Shown: positions 1-15,168, numbered from the stretch's first letter. The stretch: 64,000 nucleotides of DNA from Kudoa neothunni (GCA_964304625.1 OZ199838.1:1313158-1377157), one strand, 5' to 3'. The notes: generated from the sequence alone by a model not told the origin. A program made the numbers and translations.

Positions 1-1
1 A

Positions 2-154
2 CTAAACACACAATATGGATCACGTGACCACATTCTTTCGAGCTATTTGTCTACACAAAGGGAATCATACAATGAAAATTTTATTATAAGAAATGAAAAC
101 ACTGATAATATTAAACAATTAACTGTTCCAGTTAACACATTGATTTTTTGGTAA
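2..154 (+). CDS. Possible 3' terminal coding exon of an upstream gene truncated by the window edge
   Basis: Frame open from base 2 to TAA at 152-154 (LNTQYGSRDHILSSYL...TVPVNTLIFW*). No recognisable motif. Confidence 0.25.
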   Translation, partial: LNTQYGSRDHILSSYLSTQRESYNENFIIRNENTDNIKQLTVPVNTLIFW

Positions 155-404
155 CACGTGAACATTTTGTCCATTATGTTGAATATCTCATCTCCAAATA
201 TGTTTTCTATTAAATAATTTAAATATTCGCAAAAAAATAATATCTTCTCTAATGTACACAAATAAGGATAATGAATAATTGGTGATGAAAATCAATTGAT
301 GAGTCAAGCGTTTGTTAGTGCGGAGCTTGAAATGTTAACGAGGTGAAACGAAACAAAACGAAAGATATTGCTTATTCTGCAAACGAAAATATAACTAGCT
401 GTTA

Positions 405-3400
405 ATGTTGGTTTTATCGTTTTTTGTGCTCGGCTTGCTGTGCTTTATAACCGACCATGCGGTTAGAACCACAAGTGAGAAACTAGTTACTTCACAATTG
501 ACTACAGATTGGTTTGCACCCCCTTTGATATTGGAAACTAGGTAAATTGTTAATTTTATGTTTATAAATGAAGAATTAATTTCGATTAGTGAATTTATTC
601 AAAAATATCATCCCAATTATTATTGGTTGATAATCGAGGAGATTTCCATTAAATTGGACCATATTAATATTTGTCATTCCGATGGTAACCAATTTTTATC
701 GAATACTTAATTGTTTCAAATCCATCACTCTAGAATATAATATTATTGTTGATATTTTGGAGCGATATTTGTCTCCAACATGGTTGGATTATTTTAAACT
801 TGTTATTGGTCGGCATGATTTTGCACCAAGAATCCATCTCTACCGAAAGGTATTTTGTGATAATGCAATTTTTTTTACTTTATATAAATACAAATTTTTA
901 GCTTATAGACGATTTCAATATGGATGGTGATTGTGGATCTATCTTTTTTGTTGGCAGAAATACAGCTTGTGACTTGGATCAGGCTATCGCATTAATTAAT
1001 AATTATGAGAACAATGAGTTATTGGTTGATTAAATATTTTGAATATAATTAATCCGTTAAGAATTCTTCATACTGTATTCGACAATTATCCAACATTTAA
1101 AAATAATCCCACCAACAAATCATCAATTATCTATTATTTCGGCCATATTGGTACAGCCGATTTTTGGACCACATATAAAAGTCTGAAAAGCTATGCTGAG
1201 AACGTTGCATCATCGGTTGACTTTCTCATAGTGCCATACTCCAAGGTAAGTGTAATATTTGTGATCTTACTTCTTATTGAAATGTTGAATCCGATTTAAT
1301 TTGTAAGTTAATCGCTCATGCGTATCTTCTAATGATGATTTATATTTTAGCTGGAAACATTTGAATTCTTCTTGAATGTATAATGATTATCATAGGCAAT
1401 TTAATTGGTCGTATATTAAGTTCTTTAATCAAATTAAAATGAGCAAATAAACCACATTAGTTCTTTCTGGCGGAATGCATTCATCCAAGATAATATTATT
1501 TGTAGGTGCCCTTGTAATTTTAACTGTGTGAATGCTATATAACTTTATATTCAGTCGAACTGAATTAAATGCCGCTTTATTAGTAGATTAATTTTCTTTA
1601 GAATTAATAATACAATTATAATATTGTTTGTTTTGATTTTATTTGAGTTAATCCTATGTAATTTCTACTGAATTAGTGTGATTAATTTTTGTTTGTTATT
1701 AACATTTATTTTTTTTAATTCTTTTAATTTTTTAAATATTAACAAAAGCTATATCACAAAAATGAACAATAGAACGATAATTGACATTGACTTTGAATGA
1801 GAAATTATAAGATAATAATATGATTTTTAGAAAAGTGGTATTGACGTTATGGTGACCACAATTAATAAGGATTAACCAAGACCATTGTAAACATTAATCT
1901 AGTATTAGCGCAACTTTATTAGAAACAGCAAAAATTTTAGAAACAATTGATCTGATAATTTATTACATCTCTGACTGCGAACATAAATAAAAAAAATTAG
2001 TTTAACTATTCTCTAGGAGTATAAGATTAATTAAGCTAACAAATTTTAAATTATTTATAAGCATAATCCTTTATATCTAAGATATTTTTTAAATATAAGA
2101 TCGAAGATTAAACATTTTTTTGGCAGATTTTATCTGTATTCGTTTACTTCTCAGAATATTTCTTTTAAAAAGTTATTATATACTTAGAGAAGAGGTTATT
2201 TCTTATCATTCTCGATATTCATATAGTCTGGAAATATTTGAAAACTCCTTATTCAATTTTATTATAAATATTTCATGAGGAAATAAATTAAAGCTTGTTA
2301 TTTATTCAATTTCTTATGAATATAGAAAACATTGGGTATTCCATTACAATATTATTTTCGACAGGGAATATTTTTTGAATTAGAATTTTTGAGTTGTGAT
2401 ATATTGTTAAATGATGATTTATAATTTTTATGGATTAAATATCGATATTTTAAAGTAAGGAAATTTGTTATAAAAATTAAAAATTACGAATTTTTATTTA
2501 TAAATTTATTTATATTAAATTATTTGATATGTATGAATAATTTTTCTTGGATTAAATTTTAAATGCCTTAATTATTGAAAAAAATGTGTAATATGCATTA
2601 TTGAGTGCAATTAATTTTAAAACAATTGATTAATTATTAATTTTTTTTATTCGTTATGAACATGTAACAAAAAATAACGAATAACAAATTTGGATCAACA
2701 TCGATATTATATTTTAGTGGGAAGAGTGGAATATATTTTTGCTTTAATCATATAAATCGTGTTAAATTAATGGGATAATTTTAAATATTTAAAAATAATT
2801 AATATGTATAATAACATTTGGGAATTTAGTTTTCTAATTAAATTAATTCGTAGAAAAAATGTTCAATGAAGGTTGGCATGTCCAACTATGGCATGAGCTT
2901 GTCTATTAAACGAGAAAAATACGACCCTGAAAAAGACAGTTTAATCGACTTGATTCAATACAAGAACAATTCCATCTTTTCAAAATGGTTGGGACTAGAA
3001 TCAACAACGCTAATGGACAATCAATCAAATATAGATCCTGGATTGAATATTGAAAAGTTGATTGAGAAATACCCAGACTATTCGGAGGAACTTAGCACGC
3101 TTAAAAATCAATTATACGAAAACAGCGATTCAGATTCGTTGTATCATTTGAACGAAAATGAACTAGATAGTATTTCTAACACCGTTTCCTGCAAGTTAAT
3201 TAAATAAATAACTATAGCATTTGCTCTGTCGTTTATTTCCTACGCTAAAAATGTTAAAACTATGGAAAAACTAACCGAGATTGTATCGAACCTACCTTCA
3301 TTTACAGAGTATTTATCACTTAATATATATTCTATATGGTGTATTGACGTTGAACTGTAGAACAATAGTTCAACAAGGATTTCCTGATTCTTTTAATGAA

Positions 3401-6400
3401 GAATCAACCCAATTTCTTGATGTATTATTATAAATTTTATTAGTTATGATGTATCTGTTTAAGTTTCTTTCCAACTTTGGATTGAACACTGGAGTTTATT
3501 TGAATGGGCAAGAGTTGGAAAATTTGGTTGGAAAAAAATTCGAGAAAAGTCTAATGCTGGAAACAACCATCGCTTCAATGTTATCCTCCTTTGTTGGTAA
3601 CTCGAGTTTGAGAAATATCGATTCAGCCGATTGGAACCAACTTTTGCAATCTCAATCGAAGAATTTATTAGAATCAAAACGATTAACTATAAAAAGTTCG
3701 ATGGTTAACGTAATTACTTTATTGGATTTCAGTTATTTACGATCCACTTCTAATTTTCCATGTGTATGTGTAGTGGTTAAATAATCTGGAGAAAGACGTC
3801 ATTTATTCTTATTGGCCCAACAGCATTGTTTATGTAGTTTTGTGTCAGAGGTTGTTTGACTTGAAGAAATTTAGATGTTTCAAATTAATTTTATGGGCCA
3901 ACTACCAAATGTAGCAGTAAATTCGTACAACTGGGTAGAAATTCAATTGAAGCCATTATTATTTTATTATAATACATAGGTGTCCATTATTGACCCCATG
4001 GATACTAACACTAAAGCGATTTTGCAATCCATTTTGAGTTTTCTTGACTCTCGAGTAGCAATTAGGTAGATTTCTATTTTCACTAATAGTTTAACGACAC
4101 TTGTATTCGATGTAGGTTTGGATTGGTGATAAATGCCAAGAAAAATTGTAAACTTTCGAAACTAATGGCATCTGGATTTTATTTTTTGGCCTCAAAAAAT
4201 CCAAAACAAGCCACACGTTTCTTGGTTGACGTATTTATAAAACACTATAACTTTAATAGCTCAGCTAATTTCTTCATTTAGGTACTTGGATCACGTAATA
4301 AATTAAACTCAAAAGTCATCATAAGTACTTTCAGTAAATATTCCAAACTGAATCTAGAAAATATCCACGAAAATTCAGATCCTGTCAACGATCGTATCAG
4401 TGTAATGCAATAACTCACAACTATCATATCTGAAATTACTTTTACAGGAAATTCAAATGGACATAAATGATCTTGGGTTGAAAGTTGGACGTTCGTATTT
4501 TTTCTTGAATGGAAAAATGATCGACCTCAACAAGGTAGTATATTACTTGACTTATATTTTGTTAGTTAAATTTCTCAGTCTCAAATTTTTGATATTCTCC
4601 TATAAAGATTAATCACTCAGATCACTATTTTTTTTTATTTTTTAAGTTGATAAATAAAATTCGGAAATCAAGAAATAATTAAAGTTTCGTATTAGTCTCG
4701 AGGATTTATAAGAATAATATTTTTAATTAACAAAATAGTTTTGTTCTTATAATTTTATTACATATATTAAACTATGAATTAATATATTTTTAATGAATAA
4801 AGAGATTGCAAAGATTATTAAATATTTAAAACTATTTTATATTATTGATGAATTAACAGTTTTAATTATTTTTAACAAATCCTAAGTATCAACAAACAAT
4901 TACAGCATAAAATAATTGTATAATTTCTTATATTTTTTATGTAAAATTAAATATTTCATTATTTTTTACCATTAAAATAAAAATAAGACACTCATCGTTT
5001 TTTAAATAATGATTCACAAGGAAAAGTTTATGCATTTATTAAATTATATTGTAATATTCAATAATAATTGTTCTTACTTCATTATCAAAAGTTGAAAATT
5101 TATTTGTACAAATATTAAGGATTATCAACGCATTGTTATTTATAAGTTTGGAAAGGATAAAATTTATGTTTATTCATAAATTAAATGTTTTTGTTATAAT
5201 TTATATTTAAATTTTAAAAAATATTTAAATAGTGTACGTTTCTATTTTTAATAATATCGAATTATACTTTAAATTTTAAGCCTACCTGTTAAGTTAATAA
5301 CGGTTATATTTTATAAAAACCAGTACTTCATTACCTTTTTCAGTCTATTACCTCATGTTCACATTTTAAACATTTAAACATCAATGGAAATGTTTCATTT
5401 AATTATTAAATTATTTGATAATTTCATAAAATTTTAACTTGATAAGGTTGAAACTTCACTCGATAAGAATATTTTAAACTCACGGTTGCGGGCGTGATCT
5501 GATCTTTTTAACTTTTAGTGAAAATTTTGTCTTTATTAATTTATATCAAAGAATTTTAATAATATTATTTTAATATTAGGTTTCTTCTATTTTATTTATT
5601 GGAGGGATTTCCTATTCTTTTTTCCTTTAATTTTCATTAGCTTTTTTGAGAAAAAATTAATGAGATATGTTTACCTTTAAGAAAATAAATCTTTGTTTTT
5701 AATTGCAGTATTTATCTCTAAGCACGATTAAAATACAGTCAAGCCTCGATTATCCGGAAAATTTGGGACCGTCGATTTTCTTTCCGGATAGCGAGATTCC
5801 CGTTAATCGAACATAAACAATGTCTTGTGTGCGTGCATTTTTTTAATTTCTACTTAAAGGATTGTTTACTTGATTAATAAACAATTTTTTACTCTTTATT
5901 AAGAAAAATATTTAACTTATGCCATTTAAATTAAAAATGTTGGCATATCCATTAACTAAGAATATGGAATCTTAAAGGAAAACGAGTATAACATCCCATT
6001 ATGGCAATTTTTACACGTCTACAGAGGAGTAATCTCCTTTTTGAAATAATTAGTAAGTAATGTATGTTTAATATACATAAATGAATACGTTTGTATATGG
6101 TACAAATTTATATAAGAACTTGATGCTTAACATAAGTTTTATAAGAAAAATTTAATTATTAATAAATAACCTAGGAATATTTTTGTTTTAAATTTTTAAT
6201 TAGTATATAAGCTTCATTGTATACATCGTACGGTGATGGTTGCTACATTTATCCGTAAATATGATTAAGTAGTTCTTCCGGATAATCGAACATTTATCGG
6301 CACATAATGTCAATAAAATACATATAAAATTTAAAATTTCTTCCGGATACCTGATGTTCGACTGTATATGCATTGTCACAATTTTCAATTAAACGTTAAT

Positions 6401-9400
6401 ATTTATTAATGTTATTTAATTTTGTTCACTTATTTATAAACATTGATCAACGTCATATACATTTCGTCTCTAACTCTTCCGACGATAAAGTGAATTACTG
6501 CAATCTAAATTTTTCGTCGTTTTTCCAAACATTTGTGAATGATTCAAGTTATTAATAAACATGAAAATTATTTTCATTATATATTTCTGATAACAAAAGT
6601 AAATTATTTGTAAAATATTTTTATATCAATACATTAATTATAATAACAATTAGTATATTCATATATGCTCATTTGATTCTTATTATTTATAATATCTGTA
6701 AAAATAAATATACTCGTATATTTTTTATATTCGAAATCTCTTTCAAAGAATCACGATAAAAATGGTTCGTTAATGATAAATAACTTAGAAATAAAATTGA
6801 TTGTCTTTAAATGCATAAATGCTATTAATAAATTTTGTCAGATTATTTAAATAGTATTCTTGTATATTATGTTTACCATAAAAGTATTATTCCCTTATAA
6901 CATAGAGTAATTTACATTCTCCAGTTGATTCATATTTTTAATACAAAAATAATATTGTGAATTATGATTTATAGTGGTTATTTTAATGAAATATAACGAG
7001 AATTAAATACTAATATTAAATTGATTGAGATTTATTATTTTTAACTACATTTTTTTCAATATTACATTTTAATTATTATTTATAAGTTAAATTTTGAGGA
7101 TTAGACGAATTAAATATTTTTCTAACAAAATTAACCATTAATATAGAAATATTATATGATGTATTTTCTTAGAGAAACGAAGCTGTAACACGTATTATCA
7201 GCGGCGAAACATTCAAAGAATTGTTTCATTTATATCAAAAGTTTATTCAAAGAAAATTCTCATCAATCATTCAACTAATTGAATACAATGAAGAATTTTT
7301 AAAACGTATTAATGAAGACCTGATCGAATCTCCTATGTTTTTGAATGAGGTGGAATTTCTCTCCGACAAAACTAAAATGAATGAATTGCTGGATCCTGTT
7401 CGATCAAAAATTCTCGTCTCTAACGCTAAATACACTCCTCCTTCTGATAAAGGGACCAATCAAGAATGTATTTTTTTTTTTGAAATTTATTGTTGAGAAT
7501 ATTTAAGATGGAAATTTGCTTATTTTTGCCAATTTGGGTTCCTCCCAGGGTCGTCAGCTTGTCAAGACGGTAGTCACCCATAAATCTCAAGTATTTTCAC
7601 GAAAACTTCTCATATTATTCTTTCTATATTTTAATCCATCATTAAGACAATAACTGGAGCAAGATTTACATTTCTTTTTAATGATCCTTATCCAAAATCA
7701 AAATTGACTAAAAATTTACATCAACTTCTACAAAAATCGCCTAATGATCTTGACGAAACCATTGAGTCTATGTTTGATCAATATGAGATTGATTCGGTAG
7801 AATCGGCGTCTAATTTGCCTTTATATCAAAAACTTGGCCTGAATTCCACTGATAATGCTATAGTTTGGAACAATAAAGTATAAATATTATCCATGCATTT
7901 TTAAAATGGCATTTAGATTTTCAAGTTGGGAGACAAAGCTAAATTAGTAGGTGGTGACATAGAGTTGTTGCTTGAAATGAGCAAGGTTCCAAAAAGTTTC
8001 GTTCAAAATGTAAAATATTCCAATTTTTCTTCTATACAAGAAAAATTCTATTATAATTATTCTCTCATAATTTGTTTAGCCCGACCCTGACAACAAGATG
8101 AAACCAGCATATCGTGACACGTTTTCTAATTGGCTTACTGTGATTGCCGGAACATTACCCAAGGTGGCACGACTTTTGTCAAAATTGGAAAAGTTAACAT
8201 CGGAATTTGCACCATTGTATATAATTTTTCTGTCTAATAAAACATAAATCCGTCCATTTTGTTTAGTGTTGTAAACTATGACGTGAGAGAATCAGCTAAA
8301 GGTCGTTTTGCCGATTTCCTTACTCCCCATATGGTGGCCTTGATAGATCCATTGGCTGAAAGTAATCGCTGTCTATCAGCTTACTTGAAATGTAGTATTT
8401 TGAACTATTTTTTAAATAGATTCACCAAGAATTTTCAATCAACTCAACGCCCTATATTCCTCATTCTCATTCAAAATCACTCTCATTATGGTGCCAACAA
8501 TGAATTTAAAAACACTTCCTATCGATGGTTTTTATCGTTGGTGTCTACCCGCAAAGTTAGAGTTTGATAAAATAACCGGATATGTACAAAATCCAATTAT
8601 ATCATTTATCAATCTACCGAATGATCCTTTGTACACTTCAAACATTAATATACCTCCATCATGGATGATCCAAAACACCTACAGCAATTGCGATATGGAC
8701 AATATTTATCTGAAAATGGTAGCAAACTATATTTAAACCTCATCTCGCGTTTTATTTCAACCATTCTTAAATTATTTTAGTCGCCAGTAGGTTGTGATGC
8801 ATCGTATCATCTAAAATACATTCTAATAGAAGGTAAATTTTTATTGTTTAACATCACCCAAATAATAACAACAATTATACACAATTGTTCCTTCATAGGT
8901 TCGTCATGGTATGAAAAGTATATCAAACCTAGCAGTGGAATACAATACTCCCTACAAGATTTAAACAATCATCTCTACAGCGATACACTAGTTATGAACA
9001 ACCTAGGTTATTTCCAGTTGAAATCGGACGTCGGTATCTATAGAATTGTTCCCAAAAATACGGCCACTAGCCGATTTTCCATTTCTTCAATAACCATGGA
9101 AGATAATTCGAACCCTATTAGCGTCATTCTTGTTGACAATTTCGATGGAGTAAACCTAGAGATAATAGGAATCAAATCTGAGAACTTCTCATCAAATGAT
9201 GATATGGATGATGAAGATAATGAATCTGATACAACCACTACCAATGATAGTGTCGGTTTTGGAATTTTTGAAAAAATTTCAAATTTGTTCCGCCCGACTC
9301 CGAAATCGGACTCTCCTCCCGCCAAAAATGATGACACAATAAATATTTTTTCAGTGGCTACAGGTTCGATATATGAACGATTTATCAGGTATTAATAATT

Positions 9401-12045
9401 TAAACTAATTTTTCGTTCGATTTTGATAAATTTCCTCTAGAGTGATGATGTTGAGTGTGGTGAAAACGACAAAAAAACCTGTAAAATTCTGGTTACTTCG
9501 AAATTATTTATCCGCCAATTTCATTGTAATAAAATTTATATTTTAAACACATTTTTATTTTGTGCTACTGTCAATAAGCCGAAATTCAACTTAATTTTTT
9601 AATTTAGGATTCCGTTAAACTGATGGCGAAAAAGTACAATTTTGAATATGATTTTGTTCAGTATCAGTGGCCCAAGTGGTTAAATGATCAGAAAGAAAAG
9701 AGAAGAATTATTTGGGGGTATATTTTTACTTTTCTATAAGAATGAGCGTTTTATTAGCAGTGTAATCATTATTAAATATCTTTATTCAGAATCATCCAAT
9801 TAATTTCTTATGTTATTTGAAGCTCTAATGTGATTGCGATTATACATATATTTTAGCTATTGTATAAAAAATTCACTATTATTAAATGTATGTTTAAGAA
9901 ATATTAAATTTAATTAACTATTTTTTACAAAATAAATTAAAACAATAGTTTTGAGATATTAAGGTCATATGAATCATAAAATCTACTCTTCTATTAGAAG
10001 AACGCATCTTATTATATTTATGCTCTAAATTTCAAAAAGAAAGAGGTTATTTGCATCATAAATTTTTATCCGAATAACCCTTACTCATACGCTGTATATT
10101 GATTTAATTATGTATAGCCTAACGCGTCGCACTTAGAAGTTAAAAGTAATAAACACAATCAAAACTAATGTACCAGAATATTATTTACGACGAAAATAAC
10201 CACTTTCTTACTTAAATGCTGAAATAACCAAAAAATAATTAATTTCTATATTTTAAGAAAAAATAAAGTCATTTTTTAATCCGAAAATTATTTCCTATAT
10301 AATTAAATTGTCATAATTAAATAGTATTACCATAAATAACGGTAATTTATTCGCTAAAGCAACCTGATTTTACATGTTATTTTAAAATCTATAGTTTAGA
10401 GTCTAAACTTTAGACCAAAGGTTCTCAACTAAGTTAATTTTAAATAAAATAGGGTAAATTAAGTAACCGCAAAATTGGATAAAGGAATATATGCATAATG
10501 TGGTTTGCAGCGTATTTAAAAATTTCTAATTATATTATTCAGGACTATTAAACTCAGTAAGAGGGAGGCAGAAACGCTTAAATTGTTTTTCAGAATATGA
10601 ATTTAACTACTACTTATAAAACTATTATCAGTTTCTTTCTTTTATGTATCGTTTAACATTTTTTGATATAGTCTAATAATAATATTTAAAGTGGCTATTT
10701 ACATTGTAAATAATATTCAGGTGGCATTAATTTTGACTATTTTTAATAATTTCTGGTCTTACGGGCAAAGGAATGGATCAGGAATAATTTAATTTAGCGG
10801 ATCAAGAAAATTAAATCTTTAGACAGTTGGTGATGTGAGTGAGAGTTGATGGGATAAAAATTGACACTAAACAATCGTGCATGCCTTTAAGGATCAGATT
10901 TAACCATGCAAAAAGTCTCTGTAATAGCTAAATCAATATACAATATTGTGGTTGAATAAATTCAGTTTCCATCTAAATAAAAAAAAGATAAATTTAGATT
11001 TTTCGCCAGACCAGACCGGGGGGTTAAATTAAAAAAAACAGTTTAGATTAATGCTAATCTAAATTACTTCAACAATAGTCTAATATATAAACTATATATG
11101 AAAAATATTAATTAACTTTTTTAATAATTATCTTAATTGATTACTACAACTTTTAAATAATTAAGAAGTTTTTATGAATGAAATTGATTGATATTATTAT
11201 TGTATGTAGAATTAAGTATATTAATAATTTTTGAATTAGATACAAAATACTATTTTTGGATGTGATGTTTCCACTGCATGTGAAACGTATAATATTTGTG
11301 GATGCTGATCAGGTGGTTCGAGCTGATTTGAATCAACTGAACAAAATGAATCTTGGGAAAGCTCCTTATGCTTATACGCCTTTTTGTAACGATCGACCGG
11401 AAGTTGAACAATTAAGGTGAATGTCATCGTTGTTACAGAAACTTCTTATTCTAGATCTTTTTACATTTTTTTAGATTTTGGCAGGGCGGATATTGGAAGA
11501 GTTTACTTCGTGGCAAACCCTACCATATTAGTGCACTTTACGTGGTGGATTTGGTTAAATTTAGAAAGATGGCCGTGGGAGATCGTCTTCGAGCTCACTA
11601 CCAATCGCTCTCAGAAGACCCCAACAGTCTCGCCAATTTGGATCAAGTAACACTGTTGATATCTGTTATTAAATAGCTAGAATTTACTATATTTATACTT
11701 ATAGGATCTTCCAAACAGTTTAATTCATGAGGTACCTATAAAATCTCTCCCACCCGAATGGCTCTGGTGTGAAACATGGTGCAGTGATTCCACCAAAAAA
11801 TCCGCCAAATCAATTGACTTAGTAATTCCAACAAATGTATCAAATAATCATCCATAATTATTGTTTAGTGTGGTAATCCTATGACCAATGAGTCCAAATG
11901 GAATAGTGCTTTAAGAATTATTCCTGAATTCGCTGGCTATGACAACGAAATCGAAAATCTTTTGCATCCCTTACCACTCAACGCTACCACCACCACCCCT
12001 ACTGTCCCTGTCTATCAACAACAATACGCCAATGATGAACTTTAA
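405..12045 (+). CDS. UGGT: UDP-glucose:glycoprotein glucosyltransferase (GT24), multi-exon
   Basis: Signal peptide [16 protein letters not shown] from ATG 405 and N-terminal W..PPLILETSEF. Internal motifs [102 protein letters not shown]-terminal NDEL*. Many short GT-AG introns plus three large ones (1246-2853, 4535-7172, 9718-11239). Confidence 0.95.
5736..6364. mobile_element. Non-autonomous Tc1/mariner-pogo-type MITE in a UGGT intron
   Basis: TA|CAGTCAAGCCTCGATTATCCGGAA ... TTCCGGATACCTGATGTTCGACTG|TA: imperfect ~24-bp TIRs with TA flanks, plus internal TTCCGGATA(A)TCGA subterminal repeats. Confidence 0.75.
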
Positions 12046-12137
12046 TATACAAACAAACACACAACCAACCCATCAACTACTATTATATAAAATATTCTAT
12101 TAAAATCTAAAAATATTTTTTCTATATATCATCATCA

Positions 12138-12463
12138 TCATTTGCCTTGATGAGACTGAATAACACATTCAATATAATCTAATTTGTGTTCTAATGTTTG
12201 TAGATTTTCATTGATTTTGTTGATTTTTTCTACACACGTACTACCTAATATTAAATAAATAAATAGATAGATAGATAAATAAATAAAATTAATTATTTAT
12301 TTTTTTTATACAACATGACAATATAAGGAGAGATTAGAGTTGATTAGTGAATACCTATGGCATTGATGCTGGCTACAAACACCCTGATCAAATTGATCAT
12401 ATCGGTGATTCGATTACGATCAAACCAATCAAGTTCTGGGTCTGTAATTTGAACGTTGGACAT
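12138..12463 (-). CDS. BRK1: BRICK1/HSPC300, SCAR/WAVE complex subunit (71 aa, 2 exons)
   Basis: Exons 12463-12355 and 12244-12138 splice (phase 1) to MSNVQITDPELDWFDRNRITDMINLIRVFVASINAIGSTCVEKINKINENLQTLEHKLDYIECVIQSHQGK*. This matches the BRK1 pattern DWxxR...C...LNEKLxxLExxxxYIE and its size. Confidence 0.8.
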
Positions 12464-12683
12464 TTTACAGTGGAACGTATATAAATCGGGGTTTATCGTA
12501 ATGATCCAGTCATCGGTTTTTAATGCTCGGCAATACATTGTGTATCAATTATATTTCTCATAGTTATATTGTTTGGTTGTATGGTCACATATTTGATTGT
12601 TTCTACGAACCATTGACAAACTTTCTTACACATATCATGGATTATTTACTAATTTTAAACCATAGTTGCGCACACATCGTACA
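12464..12683. promoter_or_regulatory. Putative bidirectional promoter between BRK1 and GID8-like
   Basis: Only 220 bp separate the two divergent ATGs (12463 and 12684). Inferred from gene geometry only. Confidence 0.5.
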
Positions 12684-13449
12684 ATGAGTTCAAGTGACGA
12701 TGGGTCTCATCTGGATTGGGTTTCACCCAACCTAACCAACTGTAATAATCCTACTAAGGAAGTTTGCGTATCGAACAAAAATAAAAAATGTTTTTTGCTC
12801 AATGATGAGATCAACAATAGTCAATGCAATGAATTAATTTTGGAATATTTGGATTATATGGGAATGTCATCAACTTTAGTAGCTTTTAAGCATGAACTCT
12901 CATTAACTGACCAAGCTGTCTCTTGCTACTCGGGCAAGTTGGACACTATTTTCTCGTTGATAATGAAATGTGATATATTTGATGCACTTGAAATTGTTGA
13001 AACTCTCTACAACGATTTCACCACAAAACAAAATAATCTATACATTAAAATATTGTCTTTAAAATATTTTGAATATATTTTTGACTCAAAAGTATTTTTC
13101 CTAATTGATTACATTTTTATTTTAATGATCTTTGTTCTTTTAGATAACAGAGGCAGTCGAATTTTCGCAAAAATATTTCATCAAATACATCGAAGGTGAA
13201 TCCAGAAGCGAATTTGTTAACGATATATTGATGTTGTTGGCATTTGAAGACCCCAATTGTTCACCCAACCGACACTTTTTATGCCTGCCGTTTAGATCAA
13301 CCGTAGCACATGAAGTGTGTGTTATTGTGGCCAATCATCTTCAAATCAGCCCAAATACACCCGATCTAACAACTCTTTTCAGAGCTATCTATTTCACTGA
13401 GAATGAACTCGATTGTTTCAAAGATAGTTTAACATTTATTGATGATTGA
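12684..13449 (+). CDS. GID8: LisH/CTLH/CRA-domain protein, GID8/TWA1-like (CTLH E3 ligase subunit)
   Basis: LisH motif NELILEYLDYMGMSSTLVAFKHE, a CTLH region, and CRA-like MLLAFEDPNCSP..FL...RSTVAHEV (GID8: LLAFDxPxxSP). One 52-nt intron (13092-13143) joins the two ORF-track frames. Confidence 0.75.
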
Positions 13450-14129
13450 ATCTGTTATGACTAATGTTGGATTTTATTTTTAATTTTGTGTATTTTTTAT
13501 TGCATTTTACTGATTCATTTAATTTACATATCTTTTTCTCCTTTTTTCGTATGCATTGTTTTTTTCTAAGGTGTTACTTGAATATTCAAAATATTCAAAT
13601 GTATTTTTTGGTATTTTAACAATTATATTTCTTTTTCATGAGAGAGGATATTTTAATTGTTGAATGTATTTATTTGATCGTAGCTCTTTCCAAGTAATTT
13701 TGAATTAAGTGAAATAATGTATTATCTTGATTTTATTGTTTGAATGAGTATTTTTTGTACATTCTAATAATTATTTTATTAATTTTTTATTTTTATTTGC
13801 AAAAAATATATTTTTTGGTCTAGTGGATTATAATAGTCGGGGTTTTTTTGATAATATATCTTAAATGTAATATATTTATAATATTTGTTATTGTAGGAAT
13901 AAATATTTTAATTTGATAAATATATCAAGTATAAATCAGCCAGCAACTTTTCGATGGTCGCACACGAATAATTGTGCGTTCGATTGTAAGTACACGAGTG
14001 TACCAAGTAAACTGAATGCATATTTGTGGATGAAAGTCAATTTAATTATAAAATATAATAATATAATTGTTTCCAATTATACAACAGCGAAATAACTTTC
14101 GAATAATATATTTCATAATATTTCTCATA

Positions 14130-14865
14130 ATTAAGACGCCTTTAATCTTCTCCATTTTCATAACGTGATCTTTCCAGTTAAAATAGAATTTGGATCGTAC
14201 ATGTGAAATTGGATTTTTTCAGCATTCCTTTAAGCTTCTTTTAAAATTTCAACAAGTGTTTGCAAGTCGACATGACTCTGATCAAATCTATTATGTAGAT
14301 GACAGTTGAATGATTCTGTTGAATGATTCTGTTGAATTTAAAGTTAAGTTTATACCCTTGACAGCATGATCGAAAGTATTCAATTTTTCTATTTATAATC
14401 TTGAACAATTTATTGTTGTTTTTGAAATACGTTTCAAATGATGCTAAATTGGCATCGCCAAACTTATTGCCTTTACTTTTCAGGTGTGTAAACTCCTGAT
14501 GAACAAAGTCTCTTGTTAAAAAAAATTAGAGACAAGAAAAATTTGATAAATGTTTTAAAACCGATGTTATTTTGAAACAATCTCGTAAATCCTTTTCTTT
14601 GTAATCATCTACAAATACATTGTTTAAATGGAAAAGGCAGAATTTTATTGATGATTTTTTAAAAGAATTGAATGATTGAATCTCAAATTCTATAATAAAA
14701 TATTCCTTCACTTTATTTTCTTTGAAAATAGATAATATTTTGGTAAACATTGCTTCTGTTCTATTTGCCCTTATTACATAAATGAGCGGAAAATCCTTTC
14801 TCAGTATCATCACATGAAATATATATATATATATATTTATATGTATATTTATTTATATGTATATT

Positions 14866-14896
<31 letters not shown>

Positions 14897-14913
14897 TTAT
14901 TTATATGTATATT

Positions 14914-14960
<47 letters not shown>

Positions 14961-14977
14961 TTATTTATATGTATATT

Positions 14978-15008
<31 letters not shown>

Positions 15009-15025
15009 TTATTTATATGTATATT

Positions 15026-15056
<31 letters not shown>

Positions 15057-15057
15057 T

Positions 15058-15088
<31 letters not shown>

Positions 15089-15105
15089 TTATTTATATGT
15101 ATATT

Positions 15106-15136
<31 letters not shown>

Positions 15137-15137
15137 T

Positions 15138-15168
<31 letters not shown>

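Noticed and set aside
447-487. Hairpin TAACCG-ACCATG-CGGTTA followed by CTAGT resembling a Helitron 3' end
   Set aside because: It lies within UGGT coding exon 1 ([14 protein letters not shown]), so it is coincidental.
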